DNA of 59,615 nucleotides from positions 4,998-64,612 of the forward strand of contig JBJYXA010000173.1 of NCBI GenBank assembly GCA_046259705.1. Direction: 5' to 3'. A model generated the notes under the pieces. The model did no database searches, was not told the DNA's origin, and worked only from the letters and a program-made list of their open reading frames with translations. The stretch is from Caldilineaceae bacterium (GTDB taxonomy: Bacteria > Chloroflexota > Anaerolineae > Caldilineales > Caldilineaceae). This document shows, one piece after another, positions 58,074 to 59,615 of the stretch. The first letter of the stretch is position 1. Each line of letters opens with the position of its first letter. A program made the position numbers and the translations under genes.

Positions 58074-59615
58074 GTGGGCCTTTTTTCGCGTGAGACATCG
58101 CGTTCCCGTTCGGGACGCATAATCGAACAGCTCGGAACGCTGGCCCTATCTGTCCTATTGGGCCTAATTGTGTGGCTTATCGCCATCAATCAGGAAGACC
58201 CGATCGTTCAAGACGAGTTTCCGGAAAGGATACCTGTATCGGTGCGAGGGCTAGACGAGAATCTACAACCGCTCCAAGACCTAAGTGATGAATCGGTGCG
58301 CGTTGTGATCCAGGCGCCCAAAAGCTCCTGGGACGATCTGGAAGTCGGCGACTTCACCGCCTACCTCGACCTCACCGGCCAGGATGCCGGAGTACACGAC
58401 GTGGCCGTAACGGTAGAGAGCAAGGATCCCCGCGTCAAGATCTTGACTGAATCCAGGCCTCAGCTCCGTGTGCAGCTCGACCGGGTCACGCAAAAGGCCG
58501 TCCCAGTACGCGTGGATGTGATGGACAGCACCGCTTTTGGCTACGATTGGCAGGCACCGGTCGTGATGCCCATTACCGTTACGGTGAGCGGCCCGTCGAC
58601 ACAGGTAGACCAGGTGTCCGTTGCCAATGCCCAAGTCTATCTGCGCAACGCGAAGAATCAGGTCGAGCGCACTGAGGTGCTCTCGGCACTGGACGCTCAG
58701 GGTCAAGCCCTCTCACGCGTGTCCGTGGATCCACAGCGCGTGCGCGTGGTCGTACCGGTGGAGGAATGGCCTGGCAGAAAAGAAGTGGCCGTTCGCGTAA
58801 GCCTGGAAGGACAACCGGCTGCCGGCTACCACTTAAGCTCGGTCCGTGTCAATCCGTCGACCGTGGTATTGCTCGGAAGTGCCGACGTACTTGGCGCTGT
58901 GCCGGGTTTTGTTGAAACGGAGCCGGTCTCCCTCACCGACGCTACCAGCGAGATCCAACGCCGTGTATCTCTTATCGTGCCGGACAACGTGACGGTGCTT
59001 GAAGGGGAAGCCATAGATGTGACGGCCAGCATTGCGCCTATTGAAGGTGGAACGACCGTGCGTCAGGAACCCGTCATACAAGGCGTTGGGCCGGGGCTGG
59101 AAGCAAGCGTAGGCCTCGATACGATCGAGGTAATTTTGAGCGGGCCGCTGCCCCTTTTGGAATCGCTGGGCGCCGACGATGTGTTCGTGATCTTGGACTT
59201 GACTGGGCTTCTGGCCGGCGTACACACGGTTACGCCGCGCGTCGTCGTGCCGGACCAGATCCGGTCGGAAGGCGTGATTCCGCAACAGGTCGAAGTGGTG
59301 ATCGTGGACAAATCTGTCATTGGTGAAGCGCCTGGTTCTGCGCAAACCCCGCAACCGACGTCGCCGTTGCCGCGTCCAATTACGGTGACGAGCCCGTTGG
59401 ACAATGGGACTCCGGTAACCACGACGCCAGCGACAACTGGCGTGGCGACGAACACGCCGATTTCTGCGCCATCGAATTCGGTTACGCCTTCGTCGGTCAC
59501 TGCCACACAGCCGTCACCAAAAACTGCCACTAGGACGCCTACACTTGCGCCTACACTGGTGCCCACGGCGTTGCCGGAGCCTACCCGAACACCGGACGCC
59601 ACGTGGACTTCTTCG
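58074..59615 (+). CDS. cdaR: YbbR-domain protein (CdaA regulator CdaR), 3'-partial at window edge
   Basis: It is absent from the ORF track because no stop is reached. The frame is open from 58041 to the window end. It has an N-terminal TM (LALSVLLGLIVWLIAI) and repeated YbbR-like modules. A Pro/Thr-rich tail begins around 59340. The start is uncertain: GTG 58074 or TTG 58044. Confidence 0.75.
   Translation, partial: MGLFSRETSRSRSGRIIEQLGTLALSVLLGLIVWLIAINQEDPIVQDEFPERIPVSVRGLDENLQPLQDLSDESVRVVIQAPKSSWDDLEVGDFTAYLDLTGQDAGVHDVAVTVESKDPRVKILTESRPQLRVQLDRVTQKAVPVRVDVMDSTAFGYDWQAPVVMPITVTVSGPSTQVDQVSVANAQVYLRNAKNQVERTEVLSALDAQGQALSRVSVDPQRVRVVVPVEEWPGRKEVAVRVSLEGQPAAGYHLSSVRVNPSTVVLLGSADVLGAVPGFVETEPVSLTDATSEIQRRVSLIVPDNVTVLEGEAIDVTASIAPIEGGTTVRQEPVIQGVGPGLEASVGLDTIEVILSGPLPLLESLGADDVFVILDLTGLLAGVHTVTPRVVVPDQIRSEGVIPQQVEVVIVDKSVIGEAPGSAQTPQPTSPLPRPITVTSPLDNGTPVTTTPATTGVATNTPISAPSNSVTPSSVTATQPSPKTATRTPTLAPTLVPTALPEPTRTPDATWTSS

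Noticed and set aside
59063-59602. 179-aa G/V/T-rich minus-strand ORF
   Set aside because: It is the mirror translation of the Pro/Thr-rich tail of the plus-strand YbbR/CdaR gene.
1-59615. CRISPR arrays, IS elements, prophage or defence-island signatures
   Set aside because: No spaced direct-repeat array, transposase, terminal inverted repeats or recognisable defence genes were seen. The only recombinase homolog looks inactive and isolated.

Overview
This is a 59.6-kb GC-rich bacterial chromosomal segment, densely coded on both strands with about 50 CDS. I recognised no rRNA, tRNA, CRISPR array or transposase. Pro/Thr-rich linkers, a membrane H+-PPase and a large BNR/sortilin-like protein suggest a Chloroflexota-like organism, but that is inference only.

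Most genes are housekeeping:
- Core metabolism and translation: acnA, pepF, relA/spoT, lepA, rsmA, argF.
- Other recognisable genes: cdaA-cdaR, hppA, nifS/iscS-like, lgt, UDP-xylose synthase, thiamine diphosphokinase, nnrE.
- Glycoside hydrolases of families GH13, GH20 and a GH5-like enzyme.
- A Dpp/Gsi-type ABC importer.

The main result is selenium biology that the ORF track hides, because in-frame TGA codons split or truncate three genes:
1. selD (46488..47600, minus) extends upstream through a TGA. This places Sec at residue 17 of a U-x-x-K motif matching the E. coli C17/K20 motif. An 8-bp hairpin with a GGUCG loop, resembling the fdhF SECIS, follows it.
2. A PRXL2/PAMM-type peroxiredoxin-like gene (7089..7640) has TGA in a U-P-F-C redox motif.
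3. A previously uncalled AhpD/CMD-like gene (7989..8330) has TGA in a U-V-G-C motif.

Genes 2 and 3 sit in one compact co-directional cluster with a small lipoprotein and two micro membrane proteins, behind an AT-rich palindrome-bearing promoter region. I propose this as a candidate two-selenoprotein redox module analogous to AhpC/AhpD.

Other loci worth a second look:
- A translationally coupled non-Pyl MttB-family methyltransferase and cytoplasmic Mo-bisPGD oxidoreductase pair, next to a GH5-like gene and an ABC importer.
- A mini PEP-CTERM protein.
- A membrane-anchored LuxR-Kelch regulator.
- A tyrosine-recombinase homolog lacking catalytic residues.
- Twin palindromic sites flanking the nifS promoter.

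All family calls come from motif recognition by eye, and no database search was run.
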